From positions 33,666,001 to 33,730,000 of the forward strand of contig NC_043007.1 of the NCBI RefSeq assembly GCF_006345805.1: a stretch of 64,000 bases of DNA, given 5' to 3'. Of this stretch, positions 24,459 to 39,188 are shown piece by piece. Under the pieces are notes generated by a model. That model did no database searches. It was not told the origin of the DNA and worked only from the letters and a program-made list of their open reading frames with translations. A program made the translations under genes and the position numbers. The first letter of the stretch is position 1. Each line of letters begins with the position of its first letter. Origin of the DNA: Octopus sinensis (lineage: Eukaryota).

Positions 24459-24507
<49 letters not shown>

Positions 24508-24591
24508 GGAGAGAGAGAGGTATGAATAAACAGATAGACAAACAGACTGACAGATTGATACATATGCACATGTTTATGTAAATATACGCAA

Positions 24592-24625
<34 letters not shown>

Positions 24626-25584
24626 ATATACACACATAAAAGACTTTTCCTTCTATTTTTCCTGATATATATACATATACTTATGTATAGATATAGATAT
24701 AGATATAGATATAAACATAAAATCAAGAGGGGAATTTATTATTTATTCAACCACATAACTTGCATAGAATTATGGTCATATCACAACCTTCTTTGTGCAG
24801 TTTTAATTTCAATAAGGGAGAAATGATGTGTATATGCCAACTCAGTTAAATTGTTGGTGGAACCATGATATTCCAATGATCTGATGTGCTAGCTTTTTCA
24901 TTTGCATTAATTTGTAATATACAATCATATTATGCTGAGCATACATATCAAAGCAAATATATACACATAATTTTCTTCCATAATGGAATTAATACTACAC
25001 TATGAAAGCTGCGAAACAACTGTAATCCTATTGAAGCCATTCACTTCACATACTACCTGACATATTTTAATATTCTTTCTTTTATTCTTTTCTTTTACTT
25101 ATTTCAGTCATTTGACTGTGGTCATGCTGGAACACTGCTTTAAAGGGTTTCTTCAGTAGAAGAAATTGACTCTAGAACTTATTACTAAATGGACTATATA
25201 TATATATATATGCATATATTTGTATATATATATGCATGGTAGGAAAAGAATTCCAGTGAACATTAAAAATGATTTAGCTCTGCTAGGTCAGCACAAACAA
25301 TACTGGTAAACTTGGAAGCAGTTTCAAAATTAGCACCAAATTTTTTCCTGCCATGCCTCCATTAGATTTGTGACTATTTTGTGGTACAGAAATATTTCTG
25401 ACTTCTATTTTTAGCGATGTAGGTGCTCATGTGGTGCCTTCATGTATATATATATCTCCATATATAAAATATATATATAAGTATATCTTGCATTGTATGT
25501 ATATATTTTATTAATTTTCCTGTATGGCTGATAAACTTAGTTGCCTCACGTGATATTATTTTAATAATACCATCCCTTCTTACG

Positions 25585-25590
25585 CTTATT

Positions 25591-25640
<50 letters not shown>

Positions 25641-25739
25641 TTGTGTGTGTATGTATACATACATATATAAATACTTATATATATGTATGTGTGTATGTTT
25701 ATATATATATATATACATATCTATTATATATATACATAT

Positions 25740-25801
<62 letters not shown>

Positions 25802-25852
25802 CATACATCATCATCATCATCATCATCGTTTAACGTCTGTTTTCCGATACAT

Positions 25853-25894
<42 letters not shown>

Positions 25895-25975
25895 ATCATA
25901 CATATATATATATATACATATATATATATACATATACATATATATATATATATTATATATATATATATACATACA

Positions 25976-26039
<64 letters not shown>

Positions 26040-26052
26040 ATATATATATATA
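25585..26052. repeat. Long (TA)/(CA) microsatellite complex containing a short G-family 3' end
   Basis: Direct inspection; catcatcgtttaacgtctgtttcc at about 25808-25846. Confidence 0.93.
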
Positions 26053-27952
26053 TAGTCAGTTCCAATAAATGAACAATAAAATCAACCATAACAGGCAACA
26101 AGTGAATGTGCACAAGTAATGTACTACGTTGATTCTCAGTAAAAAGAGAGAGTTTTTGATGTTTCGAGTATACACATATATATATTATACATATACTACA
26201 CATGCATATGTATGTAAATATGTATGTTTGTGTGTGTAGATGGATGTGCTCTATGTGCGTTAGCATTTATGTGTATCAAGGATATTAAACATTGGCAAGA
26301 AAACTTCAAACACAAGGCATACTTGCTTTATGAATGAACGGTGTCTCTTGCATTGAGTTCAGACACTCTTTTGTCATAGTCACTGTCAGGAATGCAGCAA
26401 ATGAATGATTGATCCATTGGGAACCTGTAACTAATGATGTTATTGTTCACAAATTGTGATAGAAGAGAGAAAAACACCAACACCCACATACTGAATAAGA
26501 GCCAGCAAGGAGCTCCCCACTGACATGGAAGTTGAAACTGCAAGAAATAGCAGTCAAATTTTCCCAAATCTCAATTTTTGTATCCTTAAAATACAAAAGA
26601 ATCATTTGGAAAACAGAGAGAAGAATGGTCAATTTTGGAAATTTTCTGACCATAGGTGTACTTGTCAGAAGCTGCCCCGAGGTCTAAAACACCAATAACC
26701 TGGAACATTCCTAGCAACAAAACTTTTATGTATTTACTTAGTGGTACATTTTGCATTTATGGTGGAAGCTAATACACTTCAATTAGTTGTTTCAATGTTA
26801 TGGAGGAAAAAAAAAGTCATGGAGAGAGCATGTTATTTCATTTACTACACGATCTATAAATGTGTCACATTCTGTGCTCTTAAATAAGTCAACATTTCCT
26901 AAAATATTGTTATTATCATGAATTTACTTTTTGCCATACATACATATGCACACGCATGCATTCACGCATGTATATATCTACACATACACACATACACACA
27001 CATGTGCATATACATTCACATGTTCTTAAATATGTGTGAGCATGTAGATATATATGTTTAAATATACAGGTGTGTGTATATGTGTGTGAGTGTGTGTGTG
27101 TATGTAAACACACTGTCATACACATATATGCAGATACACACAAGCACACATACTTTTATACTGATGATATTGATGCATAGATAAATATCATTTAATGTCC
27201 ATTTTCCATACTGGCATAGTTTGGATGGTTCAGTATGAACAGATGAACTAGAGAGCCATTCCAAGTTCAAATGTCTATTTTGGTATGGTTTCTGCAGTTG
27301 GATATCCTTCCTAATGCCAACATCTTTACAGAGTGCCCTGGGTACTTTTTTCATGACACCAACATTGGTGGGGTTGCCAAGCACCCTCAAGACAAGATCC
27401 CCCAACTGAATGAGGTATAAAAACGAGGGATAAGAATTGGGGACTGAGGGATGGGAACAGTGATCATGCTGAAGAGGTGTGGACACATGGCTTGATCATC
27501 AGGAAAGAAAGAGAGAGGGGGTAGAGGAGAGAAAAGAAGCAAGAGAGAGAGAGAGAGGGAAAGATGTGATATCAAAGTACTAGGTGAATATGGGAGACAG
27601 AATAGAATAGAAGAGCAGAAAAAGATGGGTGTGTAGATAAATGCACAGAGTTGATGCCAGTGCTGCCTGACTGCCTCCACCCCCATGCTGGTGGCACACA
27701 AGAAAGCACCCACTACACTCTTGGAGTGGTCATCATTAGGAAGAGCATCCAGATCAGATTGGAGCCTGGTACAGCCTTCTGGCTTGCCAGTCCTCAGTTA
27801 CACTGCCCAGCTCATGCTAGCATGGAAAGCAGACAATAGATGATGATGTATATATACATACATATGTATATATGTGTGTGTGTGAGTGTATATGTATATA
27901 TATATATATATATATATACATACACATGTATGCCTGTATATTGATACACACA

Positions 27953-27987
<35 letters not shown>

Positions 27988-28329
27988 AAATAGTATATAA
28001 GACAGACCACAAACACTTCACTACAACAACTACTAACAACGGATGCAGCGTGAAGAACATTGTAAAAGAAAGAAAAATGTCATAAGAGATTGATTGAGAG
28101 AAGTCAATGTCTTCCCATTATTAGGTTAGTAGAGTCAAAGTCTGCCAGACTTGAATGTAAGATCAATAGTTTGATACAATCATTTGTAAACAGACTATCG
28201 GAATCACAGCTGCAGAGCGGAACAAAATATCTATAAAAGAGATAATTTCTGGAAGGTTCTTCTGGTTTTGGAAATATCCTCCTCTTATTCTTCTTATTCT
28301 TATAATTCTTATAATTATTATTATTATGA

Positions 28330-28540
28330 AGGCGGCGAGCTTCCAGAATCGTTAGCAAGCTGGCAAAATGCTTCATGGTGTTTTGCCCGTCGCTACGTTC
28401 TGAGTTCAAATTCTACCAAGGTTAACATTACCTTTCATCTTTTTGGGGTCGATAAAATAAGTACCATTTGAAAACTGGGGTTGGTGTAATCGACTCGTCC
28501 CTTCCTCCTAAATTGCTGCCCTTGTGGCAAAATTTGAAAC

Positions 28541-28560
<20 letters not shown>
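28330..28560 (+). mobile_element. SINE family B (B2 tail)
   Basis: aaggcggcgagc head ... ggggtcgataaaataagtacc ... ccaaaatttgaaac-(tat)n. Confidence 0.9.
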
Positions 28561-28614
<54 letters not shown>

Positions 28615-28615
28615 C

Positions 28616-28648
<33 letters not shown>

Positions 28649-29648
28649 ATAGATAGATAGATAGATAGATAGATAGACAGACAGATAGACAGATAGATAG
28701 ATAGATAGACAGACAAAGGACGAAGGAAAGAGAGAGAGAGAGAAAGAGAGAGAGAAATATATATGCATGCATGTGTGTGCAAGTGTACACATGTGTATAT
28801 ATATATATATGTATATATGAATGTGAATGTGTATGTGGTGTATGTACAGACACACACACATGCAAATATATACAGATATATGGTGTATAGAGAGAGAGTA
28901 AACTTCATCAACTAGCTTACTTCATAGTAATTTATGCAGTGGTGCATCATCTTTAACTTAAGCTCTAGGTTGATTTGTTTACGTATTTGTGCATGTGTGT
29001 GTGTATGTGTGTGTTTATGTATGGAGTTATGTGCATAATTAAAAGTAATTAGATTTATCTATGTAAGAAGTGGTTTCATACATGTATATGTATGCAGACA
29101 TAAATTTGTGATCTTCAATTGATGAAAATAGGAAGTGTAGGTAGGAAATTGAAAAAGATCTAGATTATAAGCTATAAATAAATAAAAAAAATATATTCAT
29201 TGGGCATGGCTGTGTGGTAAGAAGTTTACTTCACAATCATATAGTTCTGAGTTCAATCTCCCTGCATGGCACCTTGTGCAAGTCGTTTCTACTCAAGCTC
29301 CAGGCAGACCAAAGCTTTGTGAAACACAGAGACAGAGAATGAAAAGAGATATACATTTGGTTGCAGCCATGCAATGAAGTAAGATAAATATTCAAATAAG
29401 TATTTAAATGTTTGATCTTCAGTGAATATTACAAGTATTCATCAATGGGTCATTAGCTCTATTGATTTTGGCATCAGTAAAAACAAATGATATGATGTTC
29501 AAACCTTTCCCAACACCATTGTGGAAGAGAAAGTAAAACACCTGCAAATGGGAACTGAAACCTTTGCTCCAAAATACCTACAAGTAAAGAATTGAACCTC
29601 CATGGTAAAAATCACTTCAGTTGTGGTAATCCTATATTCATAGAGTTA

Positions 29649-29683
<35 letters not shown>

Positions 29684-30754
29684 TCCTCTCTCTTCACTTT
29701 GTCTTTAATTCTTTGTTCTCCATCTCTGTCTTACTTTCACTTTCATTTTCCCCGTCTCCCTGTCTCCTATCCCTAGTCCTTTTCCAGAAGGTAACTCTGT
29801 CTCTATGTTCACTTTCTTCCTCATGTGCTTTTCTCCATCGTTTTCTTTCTTTGCATTGTCATAATTTAGATGTCTATCAACCTATTCTATTGTTCTTTCA
29901 TTGTTGGAAAGATTTACTAATTTATTTTCCCTCTCTTAGAGTTACTTTCATCTGAATACAATCATATTTCATTTTCCTATCTGGATTAGCCCTTGTTTAG
30001 GTCAAATGCATCTGTATAATCTTCATTCTTGTCGTGTTCAACCTGTCTAAAGACTAACAACCCCAGAATACAAGACAATCGGTAGAATTTTTAGAGCATT
30101 AGTTTGAATGCTTCATACTATTTGTTTCATCTCTCTGTATTCTGAGTTCAAATCTCACCAAGGAGAATTTTGCTTTCCATACTTTTGTGGTCCACACACA
30201 CACAAATAAATAAAAAGATAAGTAAATGAATACATATATATATATATATGTAACTATCCAGACCAGTGAATTTGTAGAACTATGGTCAGGATGTTGGACT
30301 CATGATCGTAAGATTGTGGTTTCAATCCCTAGATCAGGTAATGCATTGTTCTAGAGCAAAAAAAAAAAAAAAATTTCATGTTGTGGGTAAAAATGAGCAA
30401 TCCTGCAATGGATCAGCATTCCGTTCAGGGAGGAAATTATATGCCAGAAAAACTGGGGGATCTGGTCTTATGCTCCTTACAGAGTAATGTAGACTAACCA
30501 TACTGTTCTTGAGTAAAACAAACCATTTCATGTTGCTCTAGTCCACTCAGCTGGTAAAAATGAATAATCCTGCAATGGGCTGGTGTCCCATCCAGGGGGA
30601 AATATAAATATATACACCAGAAAAAAAACAGGAAACCAGCCCTGTGCTCATTATGGAGTAATGTGAAATAATCATGAATGTTGGAGAAGATGTCTTGTGG
30701 TACTTGTGCTTGCTCTTCAAATCCAGCCACATCCTGCTTAGGTGATAGACTTAA

Positions 30755-30976
30755 CCCTTTCGTTACCAACCCGGCTGAAACCAACTCTGGCTCTTGAGTA
30801 CAAATGTCTTGTTTTCATAAGTTTTGAATTAAAATCTTCCACCAAACCTTAGTCACTATTTATGTTCCTAACAGTGGCTTAATGATAACTAAGTTATTTT
30901 ACTAAATTCTTTGTTATATTTAAAATTAATTGAAAGAAATACAAAGCATCTCAAAATAAATACGGTAACGAAAGGG
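30755..30976. mobile_element. piggyBac-type MITE (222 bp)
   Basis: TTAA TSD (30751-30754 and 30977-30980) and perfect 13-bp TIR ccctttcgttacc. Confidence 0.88.
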
Positions 30977-32038
30977 TTAATCTGTCCCCTGGCTTAACAC
31001 CACTACCTTGAGCCTTGGGGACCTTCAGTGGGCCTGGCTTTTTTACAAGCATTCAGACCATGTCTCCAGTTTGAGGAATACCATCCTTCCTCTCTCTCTC
31101 CTCCAAACAGAATCATGGAATCTACCCTCTCTCCTGACGAAAAGATAAACACAAATAACACAAGTAATTATACTGAAGAAGTATTGTAGATTTAGGTTTA
31201 TATAATTTGGAATGTTTTGTCAGAATGCAGTAAATTTAACTTTGCTTCACTACTTGAGAATATTAACATTTTCTAGTAGATTAGTACTGTATTGATATAG
31301 TGTCTTTCATCTACCTGTTTAACGATAGGAAATCAGTTGCAGTCTATACAAAATTTGTCGCATTTTTCTTTTAGCCAACACATATTTAAACATTTTAGCA
31401 TTCAAAGAATTGATTTTTTTTCTTGTATCAATTGTTAAGTCAGTAGCTAGTACGTTGGCTTGTTCTTATCAGATATTATCTTGATTTATGCGGTAAAGGC
31501 ATGGGTATATGCTTAACTAAACTTAACTATACAGCCACGTGGTTCTATATACGCACTCCTACTATACAGCCAGTGTCTTTTACTGCAGCCTCAAATTAAT
31601 CAATGCCTTATGAGCATAATTTGGCAAATGAAAACTGTACTGAAGCCAATTGTATATGTCTGTTTATTTAGGTGTTCCTTTATTTCTTGGTTGGTATATT
31701 TAATCTGTTGCTTAGTGTGGCACTACCTCATATTTGTTTCTTGGGTGCTTTTAGAGAAGTAAATTCTTTTGCAATCATTTCAGTCAGGTCCCTACTATAA
31801 CTATAATTTCCAACCTCCTATCGACATCAGGTGCTCTGCAATGAATTATGAACGTTCCCTTTACCCCTGACTTAGCACTAAAAAGAGAAGAAAACAAACA
31901 CTGCTTCTAAGGGTCAAAATGATTTCAATTGAAGAGTAATCCGTGTTCTGTGTTTGTTTTTGTTTTTCATTTTCCCATACATAGTAAACATAGTAACTGC
32001 TGATTTCCTTGGGCCATTATAAAATATATATCCATATG

Positions 32039-32076
<38 letters not shown>

Positions 32077-32834
32077 CATGCACAGACACACACACATCTT
32101 TTTGATATACATAAATGTCTCCCAAAAAAAAACTTGCCTTTTAATTTTGACGGTCTTAAGAAGCTTTAAGTGCACCGCATCTTGTAGCAGAAACAGCTGT
32201 AAGCTAATGGAGTTGTATATATGTTGTATATATATATGTGTGTGTGTGTGTGTAGATTTGAGCATGTGAGTGTGCTGAAAGTCTTAGCCATCACTTGTAG
32301 GCAAATATAACCTGGCAACTTGTATCCTTGACCCAGTGGAGCATCAAGGATGACACAGATAGAGGGAAAGAAAGGTACACCAGCACTAGGTAGAATCAAA
32401 CAACATGAAATGAGAGATCTTGTTCAAGGACATAGTCTACTGCCTGACCTGCGAATTGAACCCATACCACGACATTCTGATTGTGAGCGCAATTCTAACC
32501 ATTTGGCCATATGCCTTTCATACTCAATATGTATGTGTGTGTGTGTGTGTACATATACATAGATACACGCATGCACATGTGCATGCACACACATAAATGA
32601 TCAACATACTTAATCAATGTTTTACAGGTGTTTACCAGATATAGGTGATTATAAATATCTTGAAGATCAATATTTGCTAAGTATATTCTACAAAACCACC
32701 ACCCCCACATCCACCACATCCACCGCTACCATCACAATCTTCCCCGCTATCATCAGTACAATTAGTATTATTACTAGCTCACTACCAGCACACCAGTCAC
32801 CAGTCTCAACTAACACCAACCACCAGCACCAGTT

Positions 32835-32866
<32 letters not shown>

Positions 32867-33119
32867 GACAACAACAACAAACAACATGAGCATTACTGCT
32901 ATCATTTTATTAGCCCCACCTCAACTATTACTACCACCATTTACATACTGATGTGGATATATAAATATATAGGTATAAGTGAAAGACTTCTGCACACTTT
33001 CCTTCAGTCAAATTCCATTCACTGGGCATTGGTCACTTCAAGAATATACAGCAAAATACTTGACGAAGGCACCATTCAATGGTAACTGACTCAGAACCAT
33101 ATATAGCTGCAAAGAGAAA

Positions 33120-33585
33120 TTTCTGGGAAATTTCTTAGACATGTAGTCATGCCTAATGGGACCCTCACTAAGACTGTTCAACAAGCTAGCTAGAAATAGC
33201 AGTCAAATCACACTTAAGTCATATACCTACCATCTAACAAAAGGGTATTATTGTAACCCTTAATTGATTTTTGTAATCTCTGATGTACAGTTTTAAAAAC
33301 AAGATGAATTGGTCATGACTGGAATGCATTTCTGGGAAATTTCTTAGACATGTAGTCATGCCTGCTGGGACCCTCACTAAGACTGTTCAACAAGCTAGCT
33401 AGAAATAGCAGTCAAATTACACTTAAGTCATATACATCATCATCATCGTTTAACGTCCGTTCTCCATGCTAGCACGGGTTGGACTACCATCTAACAAAAG
33501 GGTATTATTGTAACCCTTAATTGATTTTTGTAATCTCTGATGTACAGTTTTATAAACAAGATGGATTGGTCATAACTGGAATGCA
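33120..33585. repeat. 209-bp tandem duplication; the second copy carries a 48-bp insertion
   Basis: Unit 1 is 33120-33328; unit 2 is 33329-33585 with the insert at 33436-33483. Confidence 0.92.
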
Positions 33586-34646
33586 TTGATATTTCCATTG
33601 ATCTATCATGACTGGTCTGTCCGTACATACAGAGATAACTTAGAGCTAAATAACATCAGCAGTGTCATCAATCATATTAATTACATTGATGTGACTATAC
33701 ATTTGGCACTTTTACATCCCTTTTGAGTTCCTTAAATATCTCTGGTGCTTTAAAGTGTAGTTATTTTATTTTGTTTATTTATATAAATTTCTTTTCCAAT
33801 TTTTTTTTTTACAAATTCGACAACTTTTTGGAGCTTCACCAAAAACTAGTTTACCGCTCCAAAAAAATTTTTTTTAATTTTTTAGTTTAGAAATGGTGTC
33901 CTTAATATAATTATAATTTTGAGGTCAGTTCGGAGGATTGGCAGAATTGTTAGAATGTTGGACAAAAGGTCTTACCATTTATATACACACATATACTTTT
34001 ATCCACACACACCACACACACACATATATAAATGTGTATGTTGGTGGGGGGTTGGTTGTATGTTTAAAAAGCTTGTGAGTGCACACATGGTTGTGTGATT
34101 AAGAAAATAACGGCTTTTTAAAACTTTTATTAAGATCTCTCCCTATCACTTTACACAAGGAAAATACTTTTTTCAGGAGTGGCTGTGTGGTAAGTAACTT
34201 GCTTATCAACCACATGGTTCCGTGTTCAGTCCTTCTGCATGGCACCTTGGGCAAGTGTCTTCTACTATAGCTTCAAGCTGACCAAAGCCTTGTGAGTGGG
34301 TTTGGTGGACAGAAACTGAAAGAAGCCCATCGTTTATATATAAGGTTGTTTATGGAAGACCAGCAGGTGCCCATACCGGTCTTCCCTCGCCACGGCACTA
34401 ATGTTATCCAAGGAAAAGGCAATGGCCAATACAGCTTGGCACCAGTAACATCACAACTCATTTCTACAGCTGAGTAAACTGGAGCAATTTCAAATAAAGT
34501 GTCTTGCTCAAGAACACAACATACAGCCTGGTCTGAGAATCAAACTCATTACTTTGTGGTTGTGAGCCCAATGCTCTAACCATTGAGCCATGCACCTTCA
34601 CCTCAAATTTATCAAATGTAATGCTTGTTTATTCAAATTGTTTTAA

Positions 34647-34865
34647 CCTTTAGTGTTCGCATTATTCTGCCAAAATTAATCCTTTTTTATCTACATTGCT
34701 TTGAACTAATCATGTATTATCTTGTAGCTATGAGATTTTGATGAGGAAGCTGTTAATTTTTAAAACGATATTGTAGGGTTAGTGTGAGAGACCAGATATG
34801 GCCAGTTTGAACATAAAACAGGCAGAATACTTCTAGTCGGATATGGCCAGTTTAAATGCTAAAGG
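34647..34865. mobile_element. piggyBac-type MITE nested at a TTAA within an older copy of the same family
   Basis: TTAA-cctttag ... ctaaaggg-TTAA; the flanks 34610-34642 and 34870-35027 continue an outer copy ending ctaaagag-TTAA. Confidence 0.75.
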
Positions 34866-35110
34866 GTTAAATTAATCAAGCATTATCTTGTGGCTTTCAG
34901 ATTTTGATGATATGATTGTTATATGAAGAATGACATTGTAGGGTAGGTGTGAAAGGCTAGATTTGAATGTAAAACAAATTGAATATTTGGGCCAGATAGT
35001 ATTGGTCTCAAGCACTAAAGAGTTAACCTGGAAGATGGATTTAGATGTAACTATCATACATACATTGTAACAGGCTTCTCTGCATTTTCTGTCTATCCAG
35101 TTTTACTTAA

Positions 35111-35330
35111 CCCTTTAGTGTTTAAACCGGCCATACCAGGCCAAAATTGTCTTCCTGTTTTATGCTCAAACCAGCCAGCTCTGACCTCTCACACCTACCC
35201 TACAAAGTCATTCTAAAAATAAACAGGGACATCATCAAAATCTCAGAGTTACAAGATGCTGTACAATTAATTTAAAACAATGTGATTAAACAGGCTTTAT
35301 ATTTGACAGAGTAATCTGAATGCTAAAGGG
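35111..35330. mobile_element. piggyBac-type MITE (220 bp), opposite orientation to 34647
   Basis: TTAA TSDs at 35107 and 35331; TIR ccctttag. Confidence 0.85.
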
Positions 35331-36057
35331 TTAAACAGCTTTTGGTTGCCTGAAGCTATTGTAGAACAAACATATTTTATTTCCTCAAGCTGCCATTCAC
35401 TTGGCTTAAACCCAGAACCATTTAATTGTGAAGCAAAACTTTTACAGCAGTCCTTTCAGCCTTTATTATGAACAAGAATAAACTAGTAATCAATGAAGAA
35501 GAGAAATTATTTCCAATAGGAATCAAATGATATAAAAATTGATACGCTGGAATCAATATTTAGAACTAAACTAACGTATTACTGAAGCAAAGAAACAGAA
35601 GCTGTGCAGCAGGATGAGTCAGTAGCCGTGATGCGGATGGACTGACTACCATCGAAAAGCTTGAGTACATATACCGTATCATTGATGTGGTAATGTAATA
35701 AGTAGATACCACATTATGGATGCAGTTCATTGTCTGTCACAACCATTGGCAGAAATGAAGAATTGAGAGTTTTATTAAACTCCACAATTGAGTGATAGAC
35801 TTATATATTACATAATACAAATACACATGCTAACACACGTACACTCTTTTACTTTTTTACTTGTTTCAGTCATTTGACTGTGGCCATGCTGGAGCACTGC
35901 CCTTAGTCGAGCAAATCGACCCCAGGACTTATTCTTTGTAAGCCCAGTACTTATTCTATCGGTCTCTTTTGTCCGATAGAATTAATTTATGTCTTGCTAC
36001 ATACATCCTTCTGGAAATGTTTTAAATTAATTAACGTTCACAACAGCAACATATTCC

Positions 36058-36437
36058 TTTACTCTTTTACTTGTTTCAGTCATTTGACTGCGGCCATGCT
36101 GGAGCACCGCCTTTGTAAGCCTAGTACTTATTCTATCGGCCTTTTTTGCTGAACTGCTAAGTTACAAGGATGGAAACACACACTACCTTTGGTTGTCAAG
36201 CAATGTTGGGGGGACAATCACAGACACACAAACATATACACACACATACATATATATACACATATATATATAAAACAGGCTTTCCTTCAGTTTCCGTCTA
36301 CCAAATCCACTCATAAGGCTTTGGTCAGGCCGAGGCTATAGTAGAATACACTTGCCCAAGGTGCCACGCAGTGTGACTGAACCCGGAACCATGTGGTTGG
36401 TAAGCAAGCTACTTACCACATAGCCACTCCTGCACCT
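36058..36437 (-). mobile_element. SINE family A (internal deletion), preceded by a separate 3' fragment at 35846-35975
   Basis: Reverse-complement modules. Confidence 0.9.
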
Positions 36438-36676
36438 TGAAAAACATTATTTGTACATGTATGCATTTATATCTGCATATTTATTCACATATACACACAT
36501 ATTACACAAATATATCTGTAAATACATGTATATATATATATATGTGTGTGTATATATATATGCGTGTGTGTATATATACATACATACATTCATATATATA
36601 TATATATATATATAAATACACACACACACACTCACAAACACACATATATACCTTAGACAAACATGCATGTGCACAT

Positions 36677-36720
<44 letters not shown>

Positions 36721-36919
36721 TGATGAACTCATCAGTACGAAGGGTGTGGTTTTTTATGACTGATATATTTTCTGGGTTTACAGGTTTTTGGCGGGAATCT
36801 AGTCAAAATACCACCAAATCCTCATGTTCGTCACGTTTTTCTCCAATTCTTCCTCTCTTTCACACCCACACTTTCTGCAACTCTCTCTCTATCCCCCTCT
36901 GTCTCTCTCCCTCTGTCTC

Positions 36920-36950
<31 letters not shown>

Positions 36951-37573
36951 TCTCCTCCCTGTCTTTATTTACCTTCAGTGTCCTCATTTATCAAGTACCA
37001 TCCACTTCTTCACCTTTCCCAATATGTTAATGCCACAAATATCCAAGCGAAATTCATCAATTTCAGACAAGTAATGCTTCAAATTTTACATTTAGGCAAA
37101 TTGAAAAATGGCATAGAGACTTACTTATCATGTCTCATTTGAGATGGGAGAGATGCCTTTCAAATTAGTTTAGATACAATACATCTTGCTTTTATTTATA
37201 TTTTTCCTTGCTAATTTAAGGGAGAGAGAGACAGAGAGATGGACAGATAGAGATTCACAGGAACAGAGAGAGAGAGAAGGATGAGGAGATAGGCAATGGC
37301 AGAGGGCAGAGAAAGAAAGACAAAGAGAGAAAAAGAAACAGAGTGAATATCAGGCATTCTGTAATTCTGTAATGTATTCTGAAGCTAGTCACTGGAATTG
37401 CAATACATACATCATACACATGTATATATGTGTGTATATATACATATACATATGTATATATTCATGCATACATACAAACACACACACACATATATATATA
37501 TATATACATATACATACACACACATACATATATATATATATAAATATATGTATATATATATGTATGTAATATG

Positions 37574-37605
<32 letters not shown>

Positions 37606-37634
37606 GCTAACACACACATACACTAGTATATGCA

Positions 37635-37681
<47 letters not shown>

Positions 37682-37729
37682 TCATCATCATTATCATAAT
37701 CAAAATCATTTAGTGTCAGTTTTCCAGGC

Positions 37730-37880
37730 TGGCATACATACATACATACATACACACATACAACATACTACATACATACATAAATGCATACATACATACA
37801 TACATACTTACATACATACATGCATGCAAACATACATACACACACACATACATACATACATACATACACACATACACACA

Positions 37881-37914
<34 letters not shown>

Positions 37915-38020
37915 CATACATACATACATACATAGATACATACATACATACATACCTACATACATACATACATGCATATATACATACATACACACACACA
38001 CATAACTACATGCACACATA
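37730..38020. repeat. (CATA)n microsatellite
   Basis: Direct inspection. Confidence 0.95.
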
Positions 38021-39155
38021 CACGTGTTTGTTTCAAGATGGGTAAGAGGTCTGTTGTCCTCTCTTTCTTCCTCTCAAAAACTGGTTCTTAATATATTTAA
38101 ATATCCTTTCAGACTGGAAATCTTAGCAGTTTACTAATTGGATTCATAAGGCTATTTCTCATTGTAAACAGATTTAACCCTATAAATGCTTATTGTTAAA
38201 TGACCGTTGGTACTTCGAAAACTACACTCTTAATGGAAGACAATGTTAACATAGAAAGCCTAGTTAAACATGAAGGGATTCTTTCTACCTGTTAGAACAA
38301 CATTATCAGATTTAAACAATCAAATATCTGGGAGCTACTGCAAGATTATTGAAATTTGAATAATTTATGCAAGTATTTGAATAGGAACGAGTATAGAAGT
38401 ATGGTTAAGAAGTTTACATTGCATCCATGTAGTTCCTTATAATTTGGACAAGTGTCTTTTACTCTTGCCATTTGTTGAGCAAGACCATTCAGGTAGAATT
38501 TAGAAACCAGCCTTTATCTGTAATCTTTTACTTGTTTTGTTCAATGGGCTGTGGCCAAGCTGGGGCACTGCCTTGAAGGGTTTAGTCGGACAAATTGACC
38601 CTGGTGGTTATATATACTCTTTTACTCTTTTACTTGTTTCAGTCATTTGACTGTGGCCATGCTGGAGCACCGCCTTTAGTCGAGCAAATCAACCCTGGGA
38701 CTTATTCTTTTGTAAGCCCAGTACTTATTCTATATATTTTAAAGACTCGTACTTATTCTATCGTTTCGCTTTTTGCTGAACGGCTAGCTTATGGGGACAT
38801 CAACAAACCAACATCAGTTGTCATGTGATGATGAGGGACAAACGCACATGAACACACACACACACACACACACACTTACATACACACACACGCACATGCA
38901 CACACACAACATGATTGATAGAACAAGAGGCAAGTGAAGTGAACAGGGCTTGAGTAGATGTGGCATTAGATCAGTGAGTTCCAAAAAGGCACCAACATTC
39001 TCGTGGTTAAAAAATCAGAGTGAGAACACTGCACATTGGTTGTTTATTTGTAGAATTAGGTCTACCTTGTTTATTGGCACCAAAGTTCCTATAACTATTG
39101 TTTCCAAAACTAAGAAATTTGACTCCAACCAGTCTCTCTCTCTTTCTCTCTCCCC

Positions 39156-39188
<33 letters not shown>

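Noticed and set aside
29505-29577. Minus-strand exon between tag and gt
   Set aside because: All three frames are open over only 73 nt and the donor is weak (GTTTGA), so it is not distinguishable from chance.
35590-35690. Structured RNA or HHR (several short hairpins, gaaaagctt)
   Set aside because: No CUGANGA core and a G at the cleavage position; the hairpins are short enough to be chance or repeat decay.
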